Source: Spirochaetota bacterium (lineage in GTDB: Bacteria > Spirochaetota > UBA6919 > CBDBPB01). Taken from it: DNA of 64,000 nucleotides. Position numbers and translations under genes: made by a program. A model generated the notes under the pieces. The model searched no databases. It saw only the letters and a list, made by a program, of their open reading frames with translations, and was not told the origin of the DNA. Below are positions 22,135-33,737 of the stretch, piece after piece (the stretch's first letter is position 1; the number at the start of each line of letters is the position of its first letter). Location of the stretch: contig CBDBPB010000001.1 of NCBI GenBank assembly GCA_965208615.1, positions 160,001 through 224,000 on the forward strand, written 5' to 3'.

Positions 22135-22785
22135 CTAAACCTTCTTAACTTTTTTCTTAACAGCCTTACTAACAAGCACTATATGGTTATTTGGACCAGG
22201 AATAGCACCTTTAATAAGAACAATATTATCTTCCAAAATAATATCCACAATTTTAAGGTTTTGTATAGTCCTATTAGCTCCCCCCATTCGGCCTGGGAGT
22301 TTTTTACCCTTAAAAACACGTGCAGGATCAGCACATCCACCCATAGCACCAGGTCTCCTGTGAAAACGTGAGCCATGACTCATAGGACCTCTATGAAAAT
22401 TATGACGCTTTATAACACCTTGAAATCCTCTACCTTTAGTTTTTCCAATGACATCAACAAAATCACCAGTATCAAAAAGGTCAGCCTTTATTTGATCGCC
22501 AACTTTATAATTATTATCTTCTTTATCGTCTAAAGTAAACTCTCTTAACACTTTCTTAGGAAATACCTTAACCTTATCAAAATAGCCCTTCATAGGACTG
22601 TTAACATTTTTAAAAGCGTCTATAAACCCTAACTGCAAAGAGTTATATCCATGTTTATCCTGAGTCTTTCTATCCAATACATAACATGGGCCAAGCTCTA
22701 CTGCAGTAACAGGAATAACAATACCGTCTTCGTTAAATATTTGGGTCATACCAAGCTTTCTACCAATTAGTCCAATACTCATCAC
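22135..22785 (-). CDS. rplC: 50S ribosomal protein L3
   Basis: GRKLGMTQ, KGRGFQGVIKRHNF. Confidence 0.98.
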   Translation of the reverse strand: MMSIGLIGRKLGMTQIFNEDGIVIPVTAVELGPCYVLDRKTQDKHGYNSLQLGFIDAFKNVNSPMKGYFDKVKVFPKKVLREFTLDDKEDNNYKVGDQIKADLFDTGDFVDVIGKTKGRGFQGVIKRHNFHRGPMSHGSRFHRRPGAMGGCADPARVFKGKKLPGRMGGANRTIQNLKIVDIILEDNIVLIKGAIPGPNNHIVLVSKAVKKKVKKV

Positions 22786-22792
22786 AACTCCG

Positions 22793-23104
22793 TTATTGCT
22801 TTATTTCCACATCTACACCTGCTGGAAGCTCCAGCTTCATAAGCTCTTCAATTGTATCACTATTAGGATTATGAATATCAATTAATCTTTTATGTGTACG
22901 CATTTCAAATTGTTCCCTAGACTTTTTATTTACATGAGGTGACCTTAAAACAGTAAATTTATTAATCTTAGTAGGCAGAGGAACAGGGCCAGAAATAACC
23001 GCACCTACTCTTTTTACAGTCTGAACAATAGACTTAGCTGAGCGATCAACTAAATCTCCATCAAAGCTTCTAAGTCTAACTCTAATCTTTTTTTTTGCCA
23101 TCAT
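22793..23104 (-). CDS. rpsJ: 30S ribosomal protein S10
   Basis: [21 protein letters not shown]. Confidence 0.98.
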   Translation of the reverse strand: MMAKKKIRVRLRSFDGDLVDRSAKSIVQTVKRVGAVISGPVPLPTKINKFTVLRSPHVNKKSREQFEMRTHKRLIDIHNPNSDTIEELMKLELPAGVDVEIKQ

Positions 23105-23114
23105 ATTTTATACT

Positions 23115-24317
23115 CTATGCTATAATCTCGGTTACAGTTCCAGCACCTACAGTTCGACCACCTTCTCTAATTGCAAACTTTAAGCCCTTATCCATAGCAA
23201 TAGTATTTATAAGCTCGACCTCAATAGCAACATTATCACCAGGCATAACCATTTCTGTACCTTTTTCTAAATTAACGTTACCAGTTATATCAGTGGTTCT
23301 AAAATATAACTGAGGTCTATAACCAGAGAAAAATGGAGTATGTCTACCACCCTCGTCTTTAGTCAAAACATAAACCTGAGCCTTAAACTTATTATGAGGA
23401 GTAATACTTCCAGGCTTAGCAATTACTTGGCCTCTCTCAATAGCATTTTTATCAACGCCTCTTAATAAAAGCCCTACATTATCCCCGGCTTCACCTTGAT
23501 CCAAAAGCTTCCTAAACATCTCAACACCAGTTACAACAGACTTTTGAGTAGCTTTAATACCTACAATTTCGACTTCTTCACTATTTTTAACAATCCCCTG
23601 TTCAATTCTACCAGTAGCAACAGTACCCCGTCCAGTAATACTAAAAACATCCTCTACAGGCATAAGAAAAGGCTTATCCACAGCTCTCTCAGGCTGAGGT
23701 ATATACTCGTCAACTTTAGCTAAAAGCTCTTTAATAGAGTCAAAAGAAGGATCATCAGCACTGCCTTCCATAAGCTTATCTAAAGCATTTTTAGCTGATC
23801 CTTTTACAACAGGTATATCATCACCAGGAAAATTATACTGGCTCAGTAACTCCCTAATTTCCATTTCTACCAACTCGATTAAATCGGGATCATCAACCAT
23901 ATCTATTTTATTCATATATACTACAATATATGGAACCCCAACCTGTCTAGCAAGTAAAATATGCTCTCTAGTTTGAGGCTTAGGTCCGTCCTCTGCACTA
24001 ACAACAAGAATAGCACCATCCATTTGAGCAGCACCAGTAATCATGTTTTTAACATAGTCAGCATGTCCCGGACAATCGACATGAGCATAATGACGTTTAG
24101 CAGTCTCATACTCGACATGCTGTGTGGCAATAGTAATACCTCTTTCACGTTCTTCTGGGGCATTGTCAATTTCGTCAAACTTCTTAGCTTCTGCCATGCC
24201 AAGAATAGCGCTAACCTGAGTAATAGCAGCAGTCAATGTGGTTTTACCATGATCAACATGCCCTATAGTCCCAATATTAACATGAGGTTTGGTTCTCTCA
24301 AACCTTTCTTTAGCCAT
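23115..24317 (-). CDS. tuf: Elongation factor Tu
   Basis: [28 protein letters not shown]. Confidence 0.99.
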   Translation of the reverse strand: MAKERFERTKPHVNIGTIGHVDHGKTTLTAAITQVSAILGMAEAKKFDEIDNAPEERERGITIATQHVEYETAKRHYAHVDCPGHADYVKNMITGAAQMDGAILVVSAEDGPKPQTREHILLARQVGVPYIVVYMNKIDMVDDPDLIELVEMEIRELLSQYNFPGDDIPVVKGSAKNALDKLMEGSADDPSFDSIKELLAKVDEYIPQPERAVDKPFLMPVEDVFSITGRGTVATGRIEQGIVKNSEEVEIVGIKATQKSVVTGVEMFRKLLDQGEAGDNVGLLLRGVDKNAIERGQVIAKPGSITPHNKFKAQVYVLTKDEGGRHTPFFSGYRPQLYFRTTDITGNVNLEKGTEMVMPGDNVAIEVELINTIAMDKGLKFAIREGGRTVGAGTVTEIIA

Positions 24318-24380
24318 TTAATTTCCTCCTAAAGCTTTTATCGACTTATATATATAATTATTTCCTATTTTTCATATAAC

Positions 24381-26453
24381 CTATTCATTAGCCTTAACAA
24401 TATCACTAGAGATGTTTTTAGGAACCTGTTCATAATAAGAATATTGCATAGTATAATTTGCCCTTCCCTGTGTTTTAGACCTTAAGTCAGTAGCATAACC
24501 AAACATCTCAGATAAAGGAACAGAAGAATTTATAAGCTTACTACCATTTCTTTCATCAATCCCAAGGATTTTACCTCTTCTAGAGCTTAAGTCACCAATA
24601 ACATCACCCATATAGTCCTCAGGAGTAACAACCTGAACAGACATCATAGGCTCCATAAGTACGGGTAAACATTTTAATGCCCCATTTTTAAACGCCATAG
24701 AGCTTGCAATTTTGAAAGCCATCTCAGAGGAATCTACATCGTGATATGAACCATCAAAAATAGTAACTTTTACATCTACTACAGGATAACCTGCCAACAC
24801 TCCCCTTTCCATACTTTCGACAACACCTTTTTCTACAGCAGGAATATATTCTTTTGGCACTCGCCCGCCAACAATTTTATTTTCAAACACAAAACCTTTA
24901 CCCACTTCAAGAGGCTCAAGATTTAGCCATACATGACCATACTGACCTCTTCCACCACTTTGTTTAATATATTTACCTTCTATTTTAGTTTTAGCAGTAA
25001 TAGTCTCTCTATAAGCAACCTGAGGCTTGCCTACATTAGCCTCAACCTTAAATTCTCTAGCCATTCTATCCACGATAATTTCTAAATGAAGTTCACCCAT
25101 CCCGGATATTATAGTCTGACCTGTCTCTTCATCAGTCTTAACCATAAATGTGGGATCTTCCTCAGCCAAACGGACAAGAGCAACAGAAAGTTTTTCTTGA
25201 TCCTCTTGAGTTTTAGGCTCTATCGCCACTGATAATACAGGATCTGGGAATATCATAGACTCCAGCACAATAAGAGCAGACTCATCACAAAGAGTATCCC
25301 CAGTAGCGGTACTCTTAAAGCCAATGGCAGCCGCAATATCTCCGGCATAAACCTCTCCAACTTCTTCACGCCTATTAGCATGCATCTGTAAAATTCTACC
25401 AATTCTTTCTTTCTTATCCTTAGTGGAATTATAAATATAACTCCCAGACTTTATTATACCAGAATATACCCTAAAAAAGGTTAAGCGACCAACATAAGGA
25501 TCACTCATAATTTTAAATGCAAGAGCAGAGAAGCTTTCTTTATCATCAGACTTTCGTTCACCTTTTCTGCCGTCAGACAATATACCACTTATAGGCGGAA
25601 CATCTACTGGAGAAGGTAAGTATGCAATAACCACATCCAGAAGAGGCTGAACTCCCTTATTTTTAAAGGCAGTTCCACATATAACAGGGAAAAAGTGAGC
25701 TTCTATAGTACCTTTTCTAATAAGCCTAGTAATATCCTTTTCTTCGATATCTATTCCATCAAGATATTTCTCCATAATAGCATCATCAAGCTCACTAACG
25801 GTTTCAATAAGCTCCTGTCTATATGTATTGGCTTCTTCCTTCAGTTCATCAGGAATAGGAATATATTTAAACGAAGCACCAAGATCCTCAGAATCCCAAA
25901 CTATACCCCGCATTTTAACAAGATCAATAACGCCTAAGAACTTATCCTCACTACCAATTGGAAGCTGAATAATAAGAGATTTAGCATGTAAGCGTTCTCT
26001 AATAGAGTCAATGGATTTAAGAAAGTTAGCTCCGACACGATCCATTTTATTAATAAACACAATTCGAGGTATATTATAATTATTAGCCTGTCTCCAAACA
26101 GTTTCACTTTGAGGTTCAACTCCGCTAACAGCATCAAAGACTGCTACTGCACTATCCAAAACTCTTAAAGACCTCTCTACCTCTACCGTAAAATCAACAT
26201 GCCCAGGAGTATCTATAATATTTATTCTATGGTTATCCCAAAAACAAGTGGTAGCCGCACTGGTAATTGTAATACCTCGTTCTTTTTCCTGTTCCATCCA
26301 ATCCATTTCAGCTGCACCATCATGGACTTCACCTATTTTATGAGTCTTGCCAGTATAATATAATATACGCTCAGTTGTAGTTGTTTTTCCAGCATCAATA
26401 TGAGCCATAATTCCAATATTTCTGGTTTTTGTAAGATGGTACTGCCTAGCCAC
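24381..26453 (-). CDS. fusA: Elongation factor G
   Basis: [30 protein letters not shown]. Confidence 0.99.
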   Translation of the reverse strand: MARQYHLTKTRNIGIMAHIDAGKTTTTERILYYTGKTHKIGEVHDGAAEMDWMEQEKERGITITSAATTCFWDNHRINIIDTPGHVDFTVEVERSLRVLDSAVAVFDAVSGVEPQSETVWRQANNYNIPRIVFINKMDRVGANFLKSIDSIRERLHAKSLIIQLPIGSEDKFLGVIDLVKMRGIVWDSEDLGASFKYIPIPDELKEEANTYRQELIETVSELDDAIMEKYLDGIDIEEKDITRLIRKGTIEAHFFPVICGTAFKNKGVQPLLDVVIAYLPSPVDVPPISGILSDGRKGERKSDDKESFSALAFKIMSDPYVGRLTFFRVYSGIIKSGSYIYNSTKDKKERIGRILQMHANRREEVGEVYAGDIAAAIGFKSTATGDTLCDESALIVLESMIFPDPVLSVAIEPKTQEDQEKLSVALVRLAEEDPTFMVKTDEETGQTIISGMGELHLEIIVDRMAREFKVEANVGKPQVAYRETITAKTKIEGKYIKQSGGRGQYGHVWLNLEPLEVGKGFVFENKIVGGRVPKEYIPAVEKGVVESMERGVLAGYPVVDVKVTIFDGSYHDVDSSEMAFKIASSMAFKNGALKCLPVLMEPMMSVQVVTPEDYMGDVIGDLSSRRGKILGIDERNGSKLINSSVPLSEMFGYATDLRSKTQGRANYTMQYSYYEQVPKNISSDIVKANE

Positions 26454-26475
26454 TATTTTCTATCCTCCCTAACAC

Positions 26476-26961
<486 letters not shown>

Positions 26962-26988
26962 CTAAAATTATAGTTAAAATTTCAGCAA

Positions 26989-27363
26989 TTAGGCCTTAGG
27001 TTTTTTAGCACCATACTTAGACCTACCTCGTTTACGATCAACTACCTGAAAAGTATCAAACTTACCGCGAACAATATGATACCTAACTCCTGGTAAATCC
27101 TTAACTCTTCCACCTCTTAAAAGGACAACTGAGTGTTCCTGTAGGTTATGTCCAATACCAGGGATATAAGCGGTAACCTCTATACCATTTGTGATACGAA
27201 CTCTTGCAACTTTTCTAAGAGCCGAGTTTGGTTTTTTAGGCGTAAAAGTCATTACCCTTGTACAAACACCCCTCTTTTGAGGAGACCCTTGTAAAGCGGG
27301 AGATGATGTCTTCTTTGTTATTTTCTTTCGTCCATATCTTACAAGTTGACTGATCGTTGGCAT
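26989..27363 (-). CDS. rpsL: 30S ribosomal protein S12
   Basis: [22 protein letters not shown]. Confidence 0.99.
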   Translation of the reverse strand: MPTISQLVRYGRKKITKKTSSPALQGSPQKRGVCTRVMTFTPKKPNSALRKVARVRITNGIEVTAYIPGIGHNLQEHSVVLLRGGRVKDLPGVRYHIVRGKFDTFQVVDRKRGRSKYGAKKPKA

Positions 27364-27407
27364 AAGACCTCTTTTTTTAATTTTCGTATATTTAAAAAAG
27401 TTTTGGA

Positions 27408-27436
27408 AAGATAATACTCCATAATTTATTTGTCAA
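27408..27436 (-). promoter_or_regulatory. Sigma70-type promoter for the rpsL/str supercluster
   Basis: Minus strand TTGACA-N17-TATCTT, about 45 bp upstream of the rpsL ATG. Confidence 0.7.
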
Positions 27437-27800
27437 ATTTCTTCATATCTTTAAAGATATTTCCCGATAATACTATAAAACTTAACACCTAGTCTTTTAG
27501 CATTTCATGGCGAGTACTATAATGATACTTCAGCTACTTGAAGATATTCGATAGAACATTAATATAATCATTGAATAACTAAAAGTCTACCTCAATTTTA
27601 ACTTGAAAGTAAAAAAAGTTATATGGTAATCCATAACTCCATGATAATAAATCAATTATAAATACTAATTTTATTTTAATTAAAAAAAAAATCTGTAACG
27701 CTTATTATATATACTTTTTTATGTTCAAAAATAAAATAAATATAAAAGCTCTTTAGCCACCAAAACTAACATAAACTATAGCCATATACCATTACTATAG

Positions 27801-27834
27801 AAAAAGCCTACGACTAATACTATTAGCCGTAAGC
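27801..27834 (-). terminator. Rho-independent terminator downstream of amtB
   Basis: GCTTACGGCTAAT-AGT-ATTAGTCGTAGGC stem (with G-U pairs) followed by TTTTT. Confidence 0.75.
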
Positions 27835-27888
27835 AAAATTAACAGAACTAACTAATAAAAATGTTAACTAACAAAACTCCCAACAAAA

Positions 27889-29166
27889 TTAATTGTAAAC
27901 TGACTCTCCGTGTTCGTAAATGTCTAAACCCTCCTCCTCAACTTTCTTATGCACTCGTAAACAATTAGCTTTTTTAAGTGCCATAAAAAGAATATACCCT
28001 AACCCAAAAGCCCAAACAAAAATACTAAACACACCAAGAACCTGAATCCCTAATAAACTAGCACCTCCACCAAAAAATAATCCACCCTTAGGCGCAAATA
28101 GTCCAACAGCTAATGTACCCCATGCACCACATATACCATGAACAGATATTGCACCTACTGGATCATCCACCTTTAAAACCTTGTCAAAAAGCTCCACCGA
28201 AAATGGAAGGATTAAACCTGCAATAGCACCTATAATAACAGCACTAGTAGGACTAACAACATTACATCCAGCAGTTATACCTACTAACCCAGCTAAAACA
28301 CCGTTTAATGTCATTGATAGGGTAGGACGCTTATAACGTATCCACCCAACTAGCATAGCCATTATAGCAGCAGCCGTAGCAGATAAATTAGTAGTTACCG
28401 CTATATGACCTATGGCAACAGCATTCTCTGTTCCATGTGCCGCTACCTGAGAGCCAGGATTAAACCCAAACCAACCAAACCACAAAATAAATACCCCTAA
28501 GCCTCCAATAGCTAAGTTATGTCCGGGGATAGCATTAGCCTTTCCATCCTTTTTGTATTTACCCAAACGAGGCCCAACTATAATAGCCCCAGCTAAACCT
28601 ACCCACCCTCCTACAGAGTGAACTACACTAGAACCAGCAAAGTCCATAAAGCCTAAATCACTTAACCAGCCTCCTCCCCATACCCAGTGACCAGAAATAG
28701 GGTAAATTAAAAGAGATATGACTATAGTAAAGCCTAAATATGCTTTGAACTCAGTCCTCTCGGCTACCGCACCTGATACTATAGTAGCCGCAGTAGCACA
28801 AAATACAGTTTGGAATAAAAGATACGCCATATTAGAGTAAGTGCCATCAATACCAGCACTAGTGTAAAATAAATTAGGCATACCTATTAAGCCACTTAAT
28901 GACTCCCCGTACATAATACCAAACCCTACTGCCCAAAATAAAATTGATCCAATAGAAAAATCCATAAGATTCTTCATAATGATATTACCCGAGTTCTTCT
29001 TTCTGGTAAAACCTGCCTCTACCATAGCAAATCCTGGCTGCATAAACATTACTAGGAATGCAGCAACTAAGAGCCACATATTATCTATCCCTATTTGATT
29101 TGCCTTTACAGCCTCCTCCAAACCTTTTATACTATCTATTATATTTTTATCCATAAATTTCCTCAC
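27889..29166 (-). CDS. amtB: Ammonium transporter
   Basis: FMQPGFAMVEAG, DFAGSSVVH, WFGWFGFNPGS, DDPVGAISVHG. Confidence 0.96.
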   Translation of the reverse strand: MRKFMDKNIIDSIKGLEEAVKANQIGIDNMWLLVAAFLVMFMQPGFAMVEAGFTRKKNSGNIIMKNLMDFSIGSILFWAVGFGIMYGESLSGLIGMPNLFYTSAGIDGTYSNMAYLLFQTVFCATAATIVSGAVAERTEFKAYLGFTIVISLLIYPISGHWVWGGGWLSDLGFMDFAGSSVVHSVGGWVGLAGAIIVGPRLGKYKKDGKANAIPGHNLAIGGLGVFILWFGWFGFNPGSQVAAHGTENAVAIGHIAVTTNLSATAAAIMAMLVGWIRYKRPTLSMTLNGVLAGLVGITAGCNVVSPTSAVIIGAIAGLILPFSVELFDKVLKVDDPVGAISVHGICGAWGTLAVGLFAPKGGLFFGGGASLLGIQVLGVFSIFVWAFGLGYILFMALKKANCLRVHKKVEEEGLDIYEHGESVYN

Positions 29167-29363
29167 TAATATTAACTGAATTAGTCAAACTAATTGACTT
29201 TTTTTAAACATTTACTATGTTTTATTGACTTATTAAACTTATGAACTCTTATTTAAGAGCTTATCTGACTATAGAGTTAACTCTTATTTAAGAGTTTTTT
29301 TTATTTATATTAAATTTATTTTTTGAGTTTTGCTTAGTTAGCTAATTATATATCGGTGGAAAG

Positions 29364-29699
29364 TTATAACGATTTCTCTCCAACCTCTTCAGTACGAATG
29401 CGGTAAGAGTTCTGTACATCAAATACAAAGACTTTACCATCGCCCACCTCTCCTGTCTGACCTGTCTCAATAATAGTTTTGACAATCTTATCTACACTAT
29501 CATCATTCACCACCATAGTAAGAGTTACCCTCTCAATAGAACTAGTGTCATACACAACCCCACGATAAACCCTCTCCTGCCTTGCACGGCCAACACCTCT
29601 TACATCCCAGTAAGAGAAAAAACCAGCCCCCACACTAGTAAGAGCATCCTTTACCTCGTCAAACTTGGTCTTTCTGATAACAGCCTCAATTTTCTTCAT
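29364..29699 (-). CDS. glnB: P-II nitrogen regulatory protein (GlnB/GlnK family)
   Basis: MKKIEAVIR, T-loop YRGVVY, TGEVGDGKVF, RIRT; adjacent to amt. Confidence 0.92.
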   Translation of the reverse strand: MKKIEAVIRKTKFDEVKDALTSVGAGFFSYWDVRGVGRARQERVYRGVVYDTSSIERVTLTMVVNDDSVDKIVKTIIETGQTGEVGDGKVFVFDVQNSYRIRTEEVGEKSL

Positions 29700-29984
29700 A
29701 ACACCTTCCTCAAAACCATAAAATATATCAATATAAATAAAATAAATAGACCGCCTAAAATAATAAATAGACAGCCTCTTAACTTAAATAATATTAAATA
29801 TATATTAGGATTTTATAGTAATTTATAAAGCAAGACTCTTTATCACAAATCTACGATCTTTAATAAAGAGCACCAAAAAGTTAAGTATAATACTTTATAG
29901 AAAAAAGTCAATAGAAAAGTTATAACTTTTTTATATGTAAAATATAACTGCCTATAAGTAAATAAGTAGAAGAGAGTAGAAAAA

Positions 29985-31982
29985 CTAAAAAATACCACGA
30001 ACAGTTATAAAAACTTGATCTCGATCAACATACCTACTCGTAAAAAAAGTATGAAAACCAACTATTAACTCAAAATTCTTATTAAATGAATATTGCCCCT
30101 CCAAAGTTAAATATGAATTAGAACCAAAAAAATCTAGGAAAAAATCCTCTATACCCTTAAAGTCCCTCCTGCTATACCTCAGCTTAACCATAAATAATGG
30201 CGAAAAATGCTTGCTCGTGTTAAGCTCAATATAAAAACTATGATTAGCCTTATCGTATCCAGATACCTCACCAGATTCATAGTAATATTCAACGTATAAA
30301 TCTAAAATATTAGGAATAACAGTCCCAAACCTAATCAAAAAACCATGAAAGTCATCCTTATCCTTAGCCAAAAGCTGATTAGCCCTTTCACCGCGATTAA
30401 GCTCATAAAAAGTATCATAATATTTCGATATATATCCCCCAGGAAAATAACGATACTCCAATCGATACCTACCATAATCTAAAAATGTCCCCTTAAAACC
30501 AAATAATAATCCAAAACTGTCATCAATAAAATGAAACTTATTAGCTACGGTACCAAATTTACCCGCAGTACCAGAATCAGTAAACAAATAAGACTGTGCA
30601 GCAACCTCAAAAAATACCGATAAACTAATATCAGAAGGCCTCTTACTAAGTAGTGGAACATTAATATCAAGAGAAAATAAAAATACCCTCGGATTCCCGC
30701 CATTGTTTTTCGGCGAACTATCCATACTAAAAACTACTCCAAATATAGTATTATCATACACCTTTTTACTAGGACCATAAAATGGAAGACTCTCAATCCT
30801 AATACCCATAACCTCAAACCGTGTCAAATCACTAAGAAATCCGACTAGTCTAATGGTTTTAAAATCAAGATCATAAAAAAAACCAACCCTTCTCCTTTTA
30901 GGAAATTCTATCTCATTGGTATAACGATGAACAGTAAGCCCTTGTCCTAAAGTAACAAAGCTAATATCTGATATAAGTAAATAAAAACTCCCCTTCCGCC
31001 CATAGGATAAATAATCTATTTTAGTTAATAAATCTTCAAATATATCAGCGGTACTGCTAAAATTCCACTCGTTATAATTATACCAATTCTCGAATGAGCC
31101 AGGATTAACAAAAGGCATATAAAAAGAAAGCCTAAACTGTAATTTTAACTTCTCTACTGTCAAAAGCGGGTTTAAAGAAAAATAAAAATAAAAATCCTCA
31201 GCAATATATTGAAAACCTCCTTCAAATTTAAAGTAAAAAATCCCCTTCTCCCTAAACTTTTTAATGGCCAATATCTTGTCTACATAAGAAGTCTCAACTT
31301 TAAAAAAAGGATAATTGTTAACCTTTGTATACTCCAAATCAAATCTATCCAACCCTTCATAACCATTAAAAAGATCCTCGTTGATTGAAAGGTCTTCTTT
31401 ATCTATCTTTCTAATATTCCTTTTTTTAGCATTAACGCCGTCAACAATAACTATATAATGATTTTCAGCAAGAACAATACCACCAATAAACCCCTTAGAC
31501 CTTACATTAAATGTACTCTTTAATACAGAAATCTTATCCCTATAGTTATTACTCTCCAATAGAACGTGAGAAACTCCTTTAGTAGAGTGGGTAATACTAT
31601 ACGGCGTATCCAATTTAATAATATATCCCTTACCATTGACCTCTTTTACAGCAGAATAAACCAACACCTTTCCATATACCAAATTAATATTAAGCTCATA
31701 ATCGCTTATCTCTTTGAACTCCAAATAGCTTTTAGGATAAAGAATTAATGTAGTTTTATTATTAAATAAAGTAATTTTTACTCTTCCATTTTCATCGGTT
31801 TTTAGTATGTCGCCAACTCTTATAAATTGTCCCTTTTCAAGGGGTCTAAATCTATTTTTTATTCTTGCTCTCTTTTTTAATACTCCCTCTATAACTATAC
31901 TAACTTGAGCTTTTTTACTATCCTCAAAAGCAAATGATAGCTCTCCCACAAGTAATAAACAAAATATATAAATAATTAACAT
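29985..31982 (-). CDS. Exported protein with an N-terminal FecR-like domain and a predicted C-terminal outer-membrane beta-barrel
   Basis: Signal peptide; FecR-type GQFIRVGDILKT..GRVKITL..LYPKS pattern; aromatic amphipathic strands; terminal Phe. Confidence 0.6.
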   Translation of the reverse strand: MLIIYIFCLLLVGELSFAFEDSKKAQVSIVIEGVLKKRARIKNRFRPLEKGQFIRVGDILKTDENGRVKITLFNNKTTLILYPKSYLEFKEISDYELNINLVYGKVLVYSAVKEVNGKGYIIKLDTPYSITHSTKGVSHVLLESNNYRDKISVLKSTFNVRSKGFIGGIVLAENHYIVIVDGVNAKKRNIRKIDKEDLSINEDLFNGYEGLDRFDLEYTKVNNYPFFKVETSYVDKILAIKKFREKGIFYFKFEGGFQYIAEDFYFYFSLNPLLTVEKLKLQFRLSFYMPFVNPGSFENWYNYNEWNFSSTADIFEDLLTKIDYLSYGRKGSFYLLISDISFVTLGQGLTVHRYTNEIEFPKRRRVGFFYDLDFKTIRLVGFLSDLTRFEVMGIRIESLPFYGPSKKVYDNTIFGVVFSMDSSPKNNGGNPRVFLFSLDINVPLLSKRPSDISLSVFFEVAAQSYLFTDSGTAGKFGTVANKFHFIDDSFGLLFGFKGTFLDYGRYRLEYRYFPGGYISKYYDTFYELNRGERANQLLAKDKDDFHGFLIRFGTVIPNILDLYVEYYYESGEVSGYDKANHSFYIELNTSKHFSPLFMVKLRYSRRDFKGIEDFFLDFFGSNSYLTLEGQYSFNKNFELIVGFHTFFTSRYVDRDQVFITVRGIF

Positions 31983-32041
31983 AACTTTATAGTATATCCA
32001 AAATCTAATAAATATCTAAAGGACTTTTAATAAGTATGTCG

Positions 32042-33370
32042 TTAAAAAACGACCTTTGTATATATAGTAAGGCTAGATAAGTTAGAAATAGGACTATTAG
32101 ATGCACCCTCAATAGTAAGACCCTTTTTATAAGAAATACCAACTTCAACATTATTCGTTATACTATAAAAAGCTTCAATGGAAAATATAGTATCTATACG
32201 CTTTATATTAGCAAAATCTTTAATGTCAGAAATGTTATAAATATCATACTTAAAAGTAATATTAAGACGCTCTACTAGCTCATGCAGATAAAATCCAAAA
32301 AATAAATGCGGACTATAAGATCCATTAAAAACATGCTCATAAGCAACTATTACAGCCATTTTATTACGAAAAAAGAACCTCGATAACTCTATATAAAAAC
32401 CCATATCAGCAGACTCATTCATAATAGAATCCACCTTAAAATAACGATCCCCGTCATAAATAGAGTTGAAATATGACGGCATGAAAGAATCAAAAAAATG
32501 ACGAAACTGAAACTTATAATTTATCTTGGCCGAACTAGGTGCTATAACACCAATAATACCATAACCAATAGCATATCCACTAATAGACTTACCCTTAACA
32601 ATAGCCGCAAACTCACTATACAATCCAAACTTCATATACGGATGATCAACAAAAGTTATTCCTAAATCTGTACCAAAAACAGTAACAGGATCAATCTGAC
32701 CACTGGCTCTAACTATTTTATGATCATGATTCGACTCAACCTTTATTATATCCCTTGTCTTAGGACTAATATCACTAACAGCAGTTATACCAATATCAAT
32801 GGAAGCTAAAATACCAGATTCCATATCAAAAAGCTTTCCTATATTTATTGAAAACCTACCACCCAAAACACTATAAGTGGATATATCCCCAAGTATTCCC
32901 TGTAGTTCAAAACCCTTATACGAAAAAGAAAACCTTAATCCTAACTTTCTTATCTCTGGAAAAAATAAATTGTTGGAATAACGTAAAAGAATTAAACCAT
33001 ATCCTAGTGTATAGTCCTCTATTGGACTAATCTTAAAAACAAATATATCCTTACCCGGTATGCCATATTGAATATAGTATATCTTACCCGCTATAGATTG
33101 CAGGCTATTATATGATATAGTTCTAAGCTTTTTAGCAAAATTAAGAGCCACAGGAAAATAAAATCCAAAACCAAAATTAATCTCACCAAAAGTAAACTCT
33201 GGTATAGCCACAAGTTGAATAAAAGGTTCATGGTTTATAATACTATAATTTAACTCAACAGTACCGTTAAACTGAAAAAACTTATTACTCTCCCTAAGAC
33301 CATAGGGCTTAGAAAAAAGATTATCAGCCGTAAATAATAAAAAAATTATAATAATTATCCTGTAAATCAA
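32042..33370 (-). CDS. Predicted outer-membrane beta-barrel protein, paralogous to the C-terminus of 29985..31982
   Basis: Signal peptide; shared TLG(Y/Q)GL...RY.N...FP..R..G and (S/K)Y(F/Y)...Y...R motifs; terminal Phe. Confidence 0.55.
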   Translation of the reverse strand: MIYRIIIIIFLLFTADNLFSKPYGLRESNKFFQFNGTVELNYSIINHEPFIQLVAIPEFTFGEINFGFGFYFPVALNFAKKLRTISYNSLQSIAGKIYYIQYGIPGKDIFVFKISPIEDYTLGYGLILLRYSNNLFFPEIRKLGLRFSFSYKGFELQGILGDISTYSVLGGRFSINIGKLFDMESGILASIDIGITAVSDISPKTRDIIKVESNHDHKIVRASGQIDPVTVFGTDLGITFVDHPYMKFGLYSEFAAIVKGKSISGYAIGYGIIGVIAPSSAKINYKFQFRHFFDSFMPSYFNSIYDGDRYFKVDSIMNESADMGFYIELSRFFFRNKMAVIVAYEHVFNGSYSPHLFFGFYLHELVERLNITFKYDIYNISDIKDFANIKRIDTIFSIEAFYSITNNVEVGISYKKGLTIEGASNSPISNLSSLTIYTKVVF

Positions 33371-33737
33371 ACCTTACTCCAAAACAACAAAAGTAATTAA
33401 TTGTTAATAAAGTCTTTTTTAATAAGTCAAGCTAAAAGTATACTTCCAATAGTAATATAATATACCTAGTATTTTGGAAATAACAATTTTCAAATTTTTA
33501 TTTTTAATTGATATTTATTATTAAAAATCATAACTACTACCAAAATACCTTTCCATTATATTTAGGCATGAACATTCATAATAGCTAAAACCTATAATTA
33601 CATTTAATATATAAAATAACTAAATTAATATATCCAAGTGTTTATATATACAACAGCATACTATTAAGTTCAGCTTATAATTACTATAGGAAGTTTATTC
33701 ACTTCATAATATTTATAATTACACTGGGAGGTGTAGA

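Noticed and set aside
27364-27888. ncRNA or tRNA in the 520-bp rpsL-amtB spacer
   Set aside because: AT-rich, with no cloverleaf or recognisable RNA motif beyond the promoter and terminator.
29244-29296. Mini-CRISPR array
   Set aside because: Only two 16-bp repeats with a 19-bp spacer, and no cas genes.
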